Source: a virus. From it: 39,370 nt of DNA. Below, piece by piece: positions 24,493-32,824 of this stretch. Made by a program: the position numbers and the translations under genes. Position 1 is the stretch's first letter, and each line of letters begins with the position of its first letter. The notes under the pieces were generated by a model, which saw only the letters and a list, made by a program, of their open reading frames with translations, searched no databases and was not told where the DNA came from. The stretch lies in IMG/VR virus record IMGVR_UViG_3300042284_000040. One strand, written 5' to 3'.

Positions 24493-25118
24493 TATGCAAA
24501 CCCTCCTTCGTTATCAGGGTTGTATCCATACCCGCGAGCCGTCAGAAACTTGCATTCCAAGTTTTCGTTTGTCCTGCGAGGAAGGTTGTTGCTATCGTCG
24601 GAAGTCCTTGCCTTGTCCAGCGCGAACTCATAACCCTGCAACATTTGGCTCGTCAGGTTCGACTTCGCAAGGGACGGCGCAATCTCAGCCGCCAGCTTCC
24701 AAGCGACCGTATCAATGAACCCAGCCGGAGCAAATCCAAGGTCTTCCGTATATATGACGTATCGCGCATAGCAGGGGTTCGCGTCCGTGTAGACAATGTT
24801 GCCGGAAACGAGAACATGCTTTTCAGGCTTTGCGGTCAAGTCCGGCACGCTGCGCACATCAAGCAGCCGCAACGCCTCTTGCGGAGCCTGATACGCGAAC
24901 TCAAACCCGAAAGGCGGAGCCTCTTGCAGCTTGGCAAGCGTCGCGTACTTTGTCGCAAACCCCCAGGCATGTTCCTCTATCACCTCGCGCAGCACGTCGC
25001 GTATGGCACTATTGCACTTGTCAGCCTCTTTCCCAGCCTGTGTCAGACTGGAAATGCGGTTCTGCCCAATCTTAAAGAGTGCCTTGTTTGCGATGCTCAA
25101 CAAATGAACTTGCGACAT
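24492..25118 (-). CDS. Head-tail adaptor (tail tubular protein A, T7 gp11-like; 208 aa)
   Basis: N-terminal pattern IANKALFKIGQNRISSLTQ...ADKCNSAIRDVLREVIEEHAWGFA resembles the gp11-family pattern (...IGE.PVS.L...A..IL....R.IQS.GW.F). TAATG overlap with the nozzle gene. Confidence 0.6.
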   Translation of the reverse strand: MSQVHLLSIANKALFKIGQNRISSLTQAGKEADKCNSAIRDVLREVIEEHAWGFATKYATLAKLQEAPPFGFEFAYQAPQEALRLLDVRSVPDLTAKPEKHVLVSGNIVYTDANPCYARYVIYTEDLGFAPAGFIDTVAWKLAAEIAPSLAKSNLTSQMLQGYEFALDKARTSDDSNNLPRRTNENLECKFLTARGYGYNPDNEGGFA

Positions 25119-25133
25119 TCTCTTTCAAACCTC

Positions 25134-25170
25134 CGAAAGAAAAAGGCCGGAGCCGAAAGACTCCGGCCTT
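25134..25170 (-). terminator. Rho-independent terminator downstream of the capsid gene cluster
   Basis: On the minus strand: AAGGCCGGAG, an 8-nt loop, CTCCGGCCTT, then TTTTCTTT. Lies in the gap between 25196 (gene end) and 25118 (next start). Confidence 0.7.
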
Positions 25171-25195
25171 GGTAGGCTCAGATATGAAGCCGGTG

Positions 25196-25393
25196 TTATT
25201 TGGCCCTTTTCTCTTCCTTGGGAGTAACATCCACAAAGAGAGGATGACCTTCAAGCGCGGCGGCTTCTTTCTCATCGCGTGCAAGAACAACGTCGCCAAC
25301 TTTCAGCGGAACACCACGCCAACATGTGCCCTGAGCGTTGCGCTTGAACTTTGCCGCTTCCTTCTTTTCGTAACAAAACTTGAACTGTTTCAT
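25196..25393 (-). CDS. Hypothetical small protein (65 aa)
   Basis: ORF in the capsid cluster, followed by the terminator. Confidence 0.45.
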   Translation of the reverse strand: MKQFKFCYEKKEAAKFKRNAQGTCWRGVPLKVGDVVLARDEKEAAALEGHPLFVDVTPKEEKRAK

Positions 25394-25410
25394 TTTTGCA
25401 GCTCCCCCGA

Positions 25411-25827
25411 TTAGCCTGCGAGGTATTCAAGGAATACGTTGAACTTGCCAGCGGCTGCCACGTCGTCTGTGGTAACGACGGCCTTAATCCACTTCGGGCA
25501 GTCTTCCGGAACAATCAGGGACATAACCCTGTCCCCCATTTCGGGAGCATATGCGCCGGATGTGGTCAGCACGGCAGACGGAACAACGGGCGCAAGAGCC
25601 ACAAAGCTTCCGCCTTCGGTTTCGCTTCCGAGCAAGGAGAGCGTAACCTTTGTGCCCGTTGCAAGGGCGACGTTTCCGTCTGCGGCTGTGATGGTAACCG
25701 CGAGGTTGCCCTGAATACGCCCAACACGGAGAGCTTTCGTAGCCGTGGCCGAAGTGTTCACCGGCACGGTCATGCCCAGCTGAAAAGCGTTGTCCTCAAA
25801 AATAAGCTTATGCTTGTACATGGTCAT
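25411..25827 (-). CDS. Putative capsid decoration / cement protein (138 aa; the start may be the second ATG at 25821)
   Basis: Immediately follows the major capsid gene. Beta-rich Thr/Val/Ala composition. The arrangement resembles MCP plus cement protein in BPP-1-like podoviruses. Position-based call. Confidence 0.35.
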   Translation of the reverse strand: MTMYKHKLIFEDNAFQLGMTVPVNTSATATKALRVGRIQGNLAVTITAADGNVALATGTKVTLSLLGSETEGGSFVALAPVVPSAVLTTSGAYAPEMGDRVMSLIVPEDCPKWIKAVVTTDDVAAAGKFNVFLEYLAG

Positions 25828-25833
25828 AACTCC

Positions 25834-26748
25834 TTACAGGCCGGTGACGACGGTTTCGGTACCATCATACATGTTGTAAGTCGTGATTACGGGAACGCCG
25901 TTCCAGAAATCAATCATGCGGTTGTATTCCTTGTCCTGTACGCCCATCTGCAATGCGCTTTCCTTGAAGGGAGCAAGAGCAAGCGTTTTGCCCTTGGGAT
26001 GACAAATCAGAATCGTGTCGGCAGGCTTCGCGCGAACGTCGGAAAGGATGTCATCCACCATTGCGGCGGTAGGCAGCTTGCCTTCCTGAATGTTGCAGAT
26101 TGCTGCAACGTTGCGGGTAGACAGGTTCTGCCACCCGAAACGCCCCTTCATGGCAACGCCGTATCCGAGGACAGTGCCGCCGGATTCCGTGGTCTTGTAC
26201 AGGTTGCCGCCGTTGATGGGGAACTTGTTCAGCAGCAAGCCTTTGTTGAACTGCGTCGGGTCAAAGAGGCCGTTGTTCACGCCTTCTTCAAGCCGCATCG
26301 CCACGATGGAGTAGACGCCGCCAGAGATTGCACCGGCGTCAATGGCGTTCCCGTCGGCAATGGCCTTTGCAAGCCAGTTTTCATAAATCAGCTTGCGCTC
26401 TGTGTCCTCTCCGGCCCGTTTCAGGATGTGCGGCTCCTTCTTGGCGAAGTATGCAGCGGGGCCGCCGAACTGGTCGGCAGTATCCTGCCGAACTTCCATT
26501 TCGCCACCGAGCACAGTCAGGTCAACCTTCACAAGCTCAGAGCCTACATTCATGGTAGGCAGAGAAGCGTTTGCGTTCACCCATCCTGCACCCTGAATGT
26601 CAATCAACTTTTCCGCCGTGTTCCACATGTTGTGGGAGGCAGCTTCCCATTTCATGCGCTCAAGGACCGGAGTATTTTCGGTCAAGTCGTCAACCATTTT
26701 CGGCTGCTTGTTCGCGTACTTGATGCCAATTTCTTTCAGTGTGTACAT
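25834..26748 (-). CDS. Major capsid protein (304 aa)
   Basis: Position after the scaffold gene, typical size, and followed by a strong terminator. No explicit motif was checked. Confidence 0.65.
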   Translation of the reverse strand: MYTLKEIGIKYANKQPKMVDDLTENTPVLERMKWEAASHNMWNTAEKLIDIQGAGWVNANASLPTMNVGSELVKVDLTVLGGEMEVRQDTADQFGGPAAYFAKKEPHILKRAGEDTERKLIYENWLAKAIADGNAIDAGAISGGVYSIVAMRLEEGVNNGLFDPTQFNKGLLLNKFPINGGNLYKTTESGGTVLGYGVAMKGRFGWQNLSTRNVAAICNIQEGKLPTAAMVDDILSDVRAKPADTILICHPKGKTLALAPFKESALQMGVQDKEYNRMIDFWNGVPVITTYNMYDGTETVVTGL

Positions 26749-26763
26749 GATAACACCATTCCT

Positions 26764-27516
26764 TTATTTATTGAACATGCCTTTGTAGGTGTCTTCGGCA
26801 GAGAGTACCTTCTGGGCACCACCGCCGCCGGAATCGCCGGAGCCTAGCGAATCCTCGCCAATCATTTCCGAAATGACATACAGAGCCTCGATTGCTGCGG
26901 GGTCGTTCGCGAGGTCGAAAGTCGAACCCATGAACGCTTTCCCAAAGCGGCCACCCGTCTTTGCGTCCAGCGCAGAAACCACCTTGAGGGCAGAAACTTT
27001 GTTCTGCTCATACTTGGCACCCCACTCTTTGCGCAGAGCCTCTTCACCGGCCGCAATCTTGGCCTTGTCCGCTTCTGCACTCAGGCTGAGTTGCCAGTCA
27101 GAAAGAGCCTGCGCCGCTTTCGCGGTAATGCCGTGCTCAACGCAGAGATTGCGGAAGCTTTGGTTTATCTTGTCGTCAACATCCACCCCGTCAGGGAACT
27201 GAATATTGACATCATCAACGGACTTCGGCGGGTTGTAGTTGGCTCCTCGCTCCATCGCTTCAAGTGCCGTTTCGATGGAGTCAAACCCTTTCAGCTTTTC
27301 GTGGTAGGCTTCGGGGAAAGACTGGAACCATTCACCTGAGGATCCGGCTCCCTGTTCGTTCCCGTTGGCCTGCCCTTCCTGCTGTCCGTCCGTCTGCTGG
27401 TCATGCTGCCCAGATTCGGGCGGCTGGCCCTGCTGCTGGTCAACAGTGCCCTGCTGCTGGTCATTTCCGGCGGCATTGGTGTTATCCGTACCGACTGCAT
27501 TACCTGCTTTATGCAT
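26764..27516 (-). CDS. Scaffolding protein (250 aa) with a Gln/Gly-rich low-complexity N-terminus
   Basis: Lies between the portal-side genes and the capsid gene. Helical, charged body. N-terminal NDQQQGTVDQQQGQ... region. Confidence 0.6.
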   Translation of the reverse strand: MHKAGNAVGTDNTNAAGNDQQQGTVDQQQGQPPESGQHDQQTDGQQEGQANGNEQGAGSSGEWFQSFPEAYHEKLKGFDSIETALEAMERGANYNPPKSVDDVNIQFPDGVDVDDKINQSFRNLCVEHGITAKAAQALSDWQLSLSAEADKAKIAAGEEALRKEWGAKYEQNKVSALKVVSALDAKTGGRFGKAFMGSTFDLANDPAAIEALYVISEMIGEDSLGSGDSGGGGAQKVLSAEDTYKGMFNK

Positions 27517-27534
27517 GGCAAAATTCTCCTTTCG

Positions 27535-27885
27535 CTATTTGTCTTGCGCGTTGTCAAAGGGGAAAAACAATTTCCGCCTCAGGCGCAGTTTGCGTGTTAT
27601 CTCGTCGTGTGCTTCACCGTCTGCAATTGCTATGTCGTCCATCAAGTCTTGTCCTGCATCACGCAGAGCGGCGACCTTGTGAATGGACGAGTTGCCGCGC
27701 CAGCAGGGTTCAAAGGCTCCAAGCTTGTCCCCAACGAGCACGGCAATAAATTCCCTGCCCGCTTCCGTTGCTATGACCTCGCGCAGCGCATTGAGGTATC
27801 GCTTATCTTCCGGCGAGAATGTATTCTCATACCGGCCTTTTTCGCGCTCCTCTTCTTCTGCGGACATTAAAAACGGTATTGTCAT
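27535..27885 (-). CDS. Hypothetical protein between portal and scaffold (116 aa; possibly Bbp19-like)
   Basis: Conserved slot between portal and scaffold in BPP-1-like phages. The resemblance is from memory only. Confidence 0.35.
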   Translation of the reverse strand: MTIPFLMSAEEEEREKGRYENTFSPEDKRYLNALREVIATEAGREFIAVLVGDKLGAFEPCWRGNSSIHKVAALRDAGQDLMDDIAIADGEAHDEITRKLRLRRKLFFPFDNAQDK

Positions 27886-27888
27886 GGC

Positions 27889-29580
27889 CTATTTTCCCTG
27901 CAAGTCACCGGCAAGAGTGTCTTTTCCGGTATTCATCGCTCCAACCCTTGCCGCCATTTCTGCGGATTGCATCATTGCTTGCTGCTGCTGCTGCTGTGCT
28001 GCCGCCTGAGCCTCAGCCTCTCTTACGGCGGCAACCTCTTCATCAGAGTTTACAACGCGGCCGGAAACCCCCCAGCCCTTGGCAAGCTCGTCGATGCTCT
28101 GGTCCACGTTCAACTTCTGCACCGCCTTAGAACCAAGCTGCCGCGCCTCGCCCTCAAGCCGAATCAGATTCGCAACGTCAGCCGTGAATCCGCGCAGAGC
28201 CTCAACACCGGACATATTCAGAGCCTGAGCAACGATTGAAGTGTATTCAACTTCAATGTCTGCCACCTCTCCAAACTCAGGCGGCGGCGGCGGAATCAAT
28301 CCGTTTCTTTCCAATGCGGAATAGCAACGCGAAATTATCTTGTCCAACACATTAGGCTCATAAGAAGACATCGCGGGCGCAATGAGTTGCAACCGTTCCC
28401 TTTTGCGCTGCATGTATTCACCAAGAGTCATATCAGTAGGGCGCATGTCAGCGGGCAAATCATGGAACAGGTCGGCAAGCGTGATGCTTGCAATGCGCTG
28501 TTCAGTCAATGCAATTTCATTTGCTACTGGAGCAATTGCCGAAGGATGAACCTCGTACAGCGGTGCTATTCCGTTGGGGTCGGACGACGAAACGGGGTTT
28601 TCAGCATCGGGAGCAGTGCGCAGGCGGCTTTTAAACGAGGCGGGCTTGCGCATGGGCGGCGATGTGAGTTTCTGCACCAGTATGAGTTTCTGCCGTTCCA
28701 TTTCCTGCAACGACTGTGCAAGCCCGACAGCAGAGTGCCCACACCCGACACCATAGACAACATCAACGCTCGTTCTGTCCCACGTTGCGAAAAAGTAGGG
28801 CATTTCATGATAGCCGGACACGCGCAACACGTCTTTAACCTCGTTTTCAGTTATCGGGTATTCAAACGTGATTGCCTCATACGGCATATTCTGGTTGTCA
28901 ATTTTGCGCGGGTCGTAGAACTCCCGGGGCCGCACAAGGTGGACAATCTCCACAGGCTCATACTCGTTATTCCTCAGGCGTTCCCTTGTCCGCTGGCTCA
29001 GCTTCTCCTTGCCGTACTTTTTGGCAAGCTGCTGCGGAGTGCGACGCATAAAATGGACAACGGTATCAAGCTCGCCATCCTCGTCAACGGCAACGCAAAA
29101 ACTCCCGCATGTGACCGTTGAGAATCTCAGCAACGAGGTTCTGGAACTGTCCGCAAAAAGCAGGGCATCGCCAAAACCGAGCAGTTCCTGATTGAAAAAC
29201 TGTATCGTCTGGTTGAAGCCACCCTCAGCGAGCAGCGAGTAAATTGTCTGTTCGATGAAATCGAGCCATTCCCGCGCGCCTGTAATCTCCCCCTGTGCGG
29301 GGTTCTTGAAATTCAGCTTAAACCACGGCTGACCGTCCGGAGTCATGCCCGAAGTCATCCCAGCCGCTGCACGCTTGAGCGACATTGATGCGGAGTGATT
29401 CAGAATCAGCTTGTCACTTTCAACCAGAGTTTCAACGCAATCATACCCCCGCCACTGCCCACGGTGCGGCAGTATCCACTTGGCAATGGTCTGTTTTCGC
29501 TCATCGTGCGGCAGTCGCTTTGCCTCAAGGTTCTTGACAATAGCAAGCGCGTCCGTGAGCCGCTTTGATGCCTTGTTCAT
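27889..29580 (-). CDS. Portal (head-to-tail connector) protein, podovirus type (563 aa)
   Basis: Size, position after the terminase, N-terminal pattern ...WILPHRG...LILNHSASMSLKRAAAGMTSGMTPDGQPWF, and C-terminal poly-Gln. Confidence 0.75.
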   Translation of the reverse strand: MNKASKRLTDALAIVKNLEAKRLPHDERKQTIAKWILPHRGQWRGYDCVETLVESDKLILNHSASMSLKRAAAGMTSGMTPDGQPWFKLNFKNPAQGEITGAREWLDFIEQTIYSLLAEGGFNQTIQFFNQELLGFGDALLFADSSRTSLLRFSTVTCGSFCVAVDEDGELDTVVHFMRRTPQQLAKKYGKEKLSQRTRERLRNNEYEPVEIVHLVRPREFYDPRKIDNQNMPYEAITFEYPITENEVKDVLRVSGYHEMPYFFATWDRTSVDVVYGVGCGHSAVGLAQSLQEMERQKLILVQKLTSPPMRKPASFKSRLRTAPDAENPVSSSDPNGIAPLYEVHPSAIAPVANEIALTEQRIASITLADLFHDLPADMRPTDMTLGEYMQRKRERLQLIAPAMSSYEPNVLDKIISRCYSALERNGLIPPPPPEFGEVADIEVEYTSIVAQALNMSGVEALRGFTADVANLIRLEGEARQLGSKAVQKLNVDQSIDELAKGWGVSGRVVNSDEEVAAVREAEAQAAAQQQQQQAMMQSAEMAARVGAMNTGKDTLAGDLQGK

Positions 29581-29583
29581 GGG

Positions 29584-29907
29584 CTAGCCCCCCATCTTGC
29601 CAAGCAGCGTTGAGGAGCCGGACGTTTGCGCGCCGGAAACACCCAACGGGCTTGTCAGTATGGTTCCCGCAAATCCGCGCTGCCTTTTCAGCTTGTTGCG
29701 CTCAGTGTCCCGCACGCTTGCTGCTTCGGCCTCTTTTTCTGATTCGGGCAACGGCTCAGGCTCAGGCGGAGGCGGTGCGCTGGGCTTACTCTTCCCGCCA
29801 CCGCCGCCACCACACAAAGCCCAATCGCCAGAATATTCAAAACTTTCTTCTTCCAGCGTCGCGCCTGTCTGCATATCCAGAACGATACGGGTGATAACTT
29901 TAGCCAT
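29584..29907 (-). CDS. Hypothetical protein with Gly run, Pro-rich linker and basic C-terminus (107 aa from the internal ATG)
   Basis: ATG at 29907 follows AGGAG with a 9-nt spacer, right after the stop of the upstream gene. Sequence includes CGGGGGGKSKPSAPPPPEPEP...RQRGFAGTILTS. Confidence 0.5.
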   Translation of the reverse strand: MAKVITRIVLDMQTGATLEEESFEYSGDWALCGGGGGGKSKPSAPPPPEPEPLPESEKEAEAASVRDTERNKLKRQRGFAGTILTSPLGVSGAQTSGSSTLLGKMGG

Positions 29908-30403
29908 GTCGGTATTCTCCTGCTTCGATGACGGATATAACCCCGTCAACGTGTTTGTTCTTCCGCTCAATAAAGCAAGCTGCCGGTATTTGTCCAAGCA
30001 CTTTAAAACCAAGGTGACCGACATAGCGGAGCGCGTGCCTGTACGGTCGAGGAGTGCAACCCCACAATGATGCAAGGTCTGTGTTTTTGAAAACGTATCG
30101 CAGCGAGAGTCGGCCCAGCAAAAGCGGGTCAACGCCGCTGTCATGGAACGTCATGAAGTGAATTGCCGCCGTCTTGCCTTGATAGCCGTTGAGCCAGAAA
30201 CAGCCAGCAGGTTTCCCGCGCTCGTCATCCAGCCTGACAAACCAAGCGTCGCAATCACGCAGAAAAAGATAAAACGCTGCCGCGCTCTTTATCGCCCCGT
30301 CATAAAACGTCACAGCCGCAACGCCGTTCCTTTCTGCTGCTGCGTAGCAGGCCATAACATCATCAATCGTCAGTTCTGCGATATGGCGCAATCTGATATT
30401 CAT
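29900..30403 (-). CDS. GNAT-fold-like protein (167 aa from the ATG at 30403)
   Basis: C-terminal pattern WGCTPRPYRHALRYVGHLGFKVLGQIP resembles the GNAT acetyltransferase C-terminal motif. ATGA overlap with the upstream 61-aa gene. Confidence 0.4.
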   Translation of the reverse strand: MNIRLRHIAELTIDDVMACYAAAERNGVAAVTFYDGAIKSAAAFYLFLRDCDAWFVRLDDERGKPAGCFWLNGYQGKTAAIHFMTFHDSGVDPLLLGRLSLRYVFKNTDLASLWGCTPRPYRHALRYVGHLGFKVLGQIPAACFIERKNKHVDGVISVIEAGEYRHG

Positions 30404-30585
30404 TGAATCCACCCATGCACGTAGACCGGAGCACAACCGGCCTCTCTGATAACGTTCTGAATGGTCATTGCGTAGGGCGAGAACTCATAGCCTGCACGCG
30501 GAAATCCATCGTTGTCTATCGGCATAATGTGAACAGCCTCGACGCTGCCGGAATCATCACGGATAGGAAATACTCCCCACGTCAT
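30400..30585 (-). CDS. Hypothetical small protein (61 aa)
   Basis: ATGA-type overlaps with TerL upstream and the GNAT-like gene downstream. Confidence 0.45.
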   Translation of the reverse strand: MTWGVFPIRDDSGSVEAVHIMPIDNDGFPRAGYEFSPYAMTIQNVIREAGCAPVYVHGWIQ

Positions 30586-32054
30586 CGGTAATGCCCCAGC
30601 GGGTCATAGTCCGCGCTTGCGTAGTTTTCAGGTTCATCACGAAGGACATGACGCATGACAATTTCAGCATACGTCAGAGCGTGAGCGTCAGCCTTGTCCG
30701 GCGAATGCTCCATCGCGTCTTTTGGTGTCAGGAACTGAACATCAGTCGGCGTAAAGTCGTACTCGATGCCGGTAAATTCCTCTTTCAAGAGGTTGCAGGG
30801 CGGGATTTCAAGCCCTTCCTGCATTGCCTGCTTGAGCCGCGCGAACATTTCCATGCGCTTGTTCTTCAGCTTCTTGTCTTCAGCCTTCGCACCGGACTGC
30901 ACGTCTATCACGTCAAAACCAAGCTGCCGCAGCCGGTCCACTACTCCGGCCCCAACGCCAACGCCGTCAACAAATATCGCGTCAGGCTCAAACTCCCTCG
31001 CCTCACGCGCAACGATGTTTGCCAGCGTCATCAAGTCGAGGTTGCGATATGCTTTGTACGGGAAGAACTTCCGCCCCTGCCTGCGGACAACGACGCTTTC
31101 ATCATGGCCGAAGCGCGCCACGTCAACGCCGATGATACGCGGAGAATCCTCGTACACGTCCGGCGTGTAGCAGGTATCCATGCACCTTTCCACGAGGTCG
31201 ATGGGGAAATACTGCTGCGAACCGGCGCGCGGGAACTCGCCACGGACACGGACGCGCACAAAGTCCGAATCCTCGCCGTAGTCCTCAACCCACTGCGCCA
31301 TGAGGTTCTTGTTCGTGCCTGCAACCGTCCGGCTGTCAATTTTGCCGGTATTCCAACGATGCCGAAGCCTGCCGAAACATTCACGGAATCGCCCAGTGTT
31401 TCGCGTCGGGTTCCCAAACGCAAACCGCATAGGCTCCCCGTCAGTCAAGCCGCCGTCGGACACCTCCCAAATTTTATCCGGAATGGCCGACGCCTCGTCG
31501 AACAGATAGAACGGGGTTGAAGACACTGCGTGCAGACCGGCGAATGATTCGCTGTTTTCCTCGCGGCACGTCTGGGCATCACATCGCCATGTTTCAGGAT
31601 GCTGAGCGTGCAACAGATTCATGTTGCCCTTGCTGGCGTTGTAGACAAACCAATGTCCGGTAGCGCACATCTTGCGCCACTTGCCAAGCTCTGCCCAAGT
31701 TTTCGTCTTAAGCTGGTCCGATGTGTTAGCCGTCACAACACCCTTGCAATGCGGCCGCGTAGACATAAGCCACAGAATCAGCCAAGAAGAAAGCGCGCTC
31801 TTGCCGATACCGTGACCGGATGAGCGCGCCATTTGGATAGGCTCAACTGGGTTGATTCCATCGAATCCCCTCGCCCGAACTTCCTCGCCCAGCTCTTCAA
31901 GGTATTCCCACTGCCACTTGCGCGGCCCCTGAAAACCCTCAAGCGGGCGGCCCTTCTCGCCCCACGGGAACGCAAAAAGGACGAATCCCAGCGGGTCGCC
32001 GTAAAACTCCGAAACCTGTTCGGCCAGAAGCATGTCTGCATGAGCCTGAGACAA
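30582..32054 (-). CDS. terL: Terminase large subunit (490 aa)
   Basis: Walker A SGHGIGKS, Walker B FYLFDEAS and a C-terminal nuclease-type region (IIGVDVARFG...). Adjacent to the small subunit. Confidence 0.85.
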   Translation of the reverse strand: MSQAHADMLLAEQVSEFYGDPLGFVLFAFPWGEKGRPLEGFQGPRKWQWEYLEELGEEVRARGFDGINPVEPIQMARSSGHGIGKSALSSWLILWLMSTRPHCKGVVTANTSDQLKTKTWAELGKWRKMCATGHWFVYNASKGNMNLLHAQHPETWRCDAQTCREENSESFAGLHAVSSTPFYLFDEASAIPDKIWEVSDGGLTDGEPMRFAFGNPTRNTGRFRECFGRLRHRWNTGKIDSRTVAGTNKNLMAQWVEDYGEDSDFVRVRVRGEFPRAGSQQYFPIDLVERCMDTCYTPDVYEDSPRIIGVDVARFGHDESVVVRRQGRKFFPYKAYRNLDLMTLANIVAREAREFEPDAIFVDGVGVGAGVVDRLRQLGFDVIDVQSGAKAEDKKLKNKRMEMFARLKQAMQEGLEIPPCNLLKEEFTGIEYDFTPTDVQFLTPKDAMEHSPDKADAHALTYAEIVMRHVLRDEPENYASADYDPLGHYR

Positions 32055-32056
32055 CT

Positions 32057-32533
32057 CTACTCCTCCGGCTTCTCGCGCTTGGCTGCACGCTCTCTGCCTC
32101 GCTGCAATACCGCGTCAATGGTGATATTGCCCTCGTGTTCGATTGTCTGCCGGTCGCCGTACTTTCTCGGCATGAGCTTTGCCGCAAGCCATTTGCGGGT
32201 ATCAATCATAAGTTTTGCACGCTGCACAACTTCGTTGTTTGTGACCTCATACTCGTTGCCGTTCTTGTCGATGCGCACCTCAACATCCCTGCGGCAGTCG
32301 TCTGCAATCGCAATCATTTCATCCACAAGAACTTCAATTTGCTGTTCTTTTGCCCGCGCGTACATCTCGCGGAACTCTTCATGCTTAGCCAACCAACGAT
32401 AGACATTGGAGGGATGCGGCATCCCGTCCATCATGCTGATTTGCTTGATAGTTTTTCCATTAGCAATAAGTTCACAGATTTTTACAGCCTTTTGTGCCGT
32501 GTAATCGCTTGGTCTTCCGCCCTTTGCCGCCAT
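32057..32533 (-). CDS. terS: Terminase small subunit (158 aa from the ATG at 32533)
   Basis: GRPSDYT...ICELIANGKT...MPHPSNVYRWL...HEEFREMYARAKEQQ...IDTRKWLAAKLMPRKYGD is a classic HTH-type TerS pattern. GAGG RBS 8 nt upstream. Confidence 0.8.
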   Translation of the reverse strand: MAAKGGRPSDYTAQKAVKICELIANGKTIKQISMMDGMPHPSNVYRWLAKHEEFREMYARAKEQQIEVLVDEMIAIADDCRRDVEVRIDKNGNEYEVTNNEVVQRAKLMIDTRKWLAAKLMPRKYGDRQTIEHEGNITIDAVLQRGRERAAKREKPEE

Positions 32534-32551
32534 AACATCCACCTCACACAA

Positions 32552-32824
32552 AAATATAAAAAACCCGTTAAAAAATCATGAGCCGCTACGAATCAGAGAA
32601 TTATCAGACCACCGGAAGCGTATCCGGTTGCGGGGAGCCACCCGACCATTGGAACCCTGCTAAGGGCGGGGCGGCTGGTTGTCGTCACCAAAACCGCCCA
32701 CTTTAAAAACCGCTGTCTGTTTATCCTTTACGCCCACGGTGGGGCCGATAGGCGGTCTGGGTTATGCACCGCCTCTGATTCTTCTGTTTTCTGTTATCGC
32801 GTGTCGTGGAAAAATTCCAGTCAG
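32552..32824 (-). other. GC-rich, hairpin-dense non-coding region upstream of terS (candidate pac/packaging-recognition region or structured RNA)
   Basis: No ORF with a plausible start in any frame. Hairpins read on the minus strand: GGCGGT-N10-ACCGCC, GGGCGG...TGGT-N7-ACCA...CCGCCC and CCGGA-N6-TCCGG. Near-palindrome CCCAC-G-GTGGG. Confidence 0.4.

Noticed and set aside
29584-30144. The full 186-aa ORF as listed in the track
   Set aside because: The upstream 79 codons overlap the GNAT-like gene and have no RBS. The internal ATG at 29907, with an AGGAG RBS, fits the operon packing, so the shorter 107-aa product was annotated.
32552-32824. tRNA or tmRNA gene in the structured non-coding region
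   Set aside because: No cloverleaf could be drawn. The only T-loop-like string (GGTTCCAATGG) lacks a complementary stem, and there is no tmRNA-like 5'/3' acceptor pairing.
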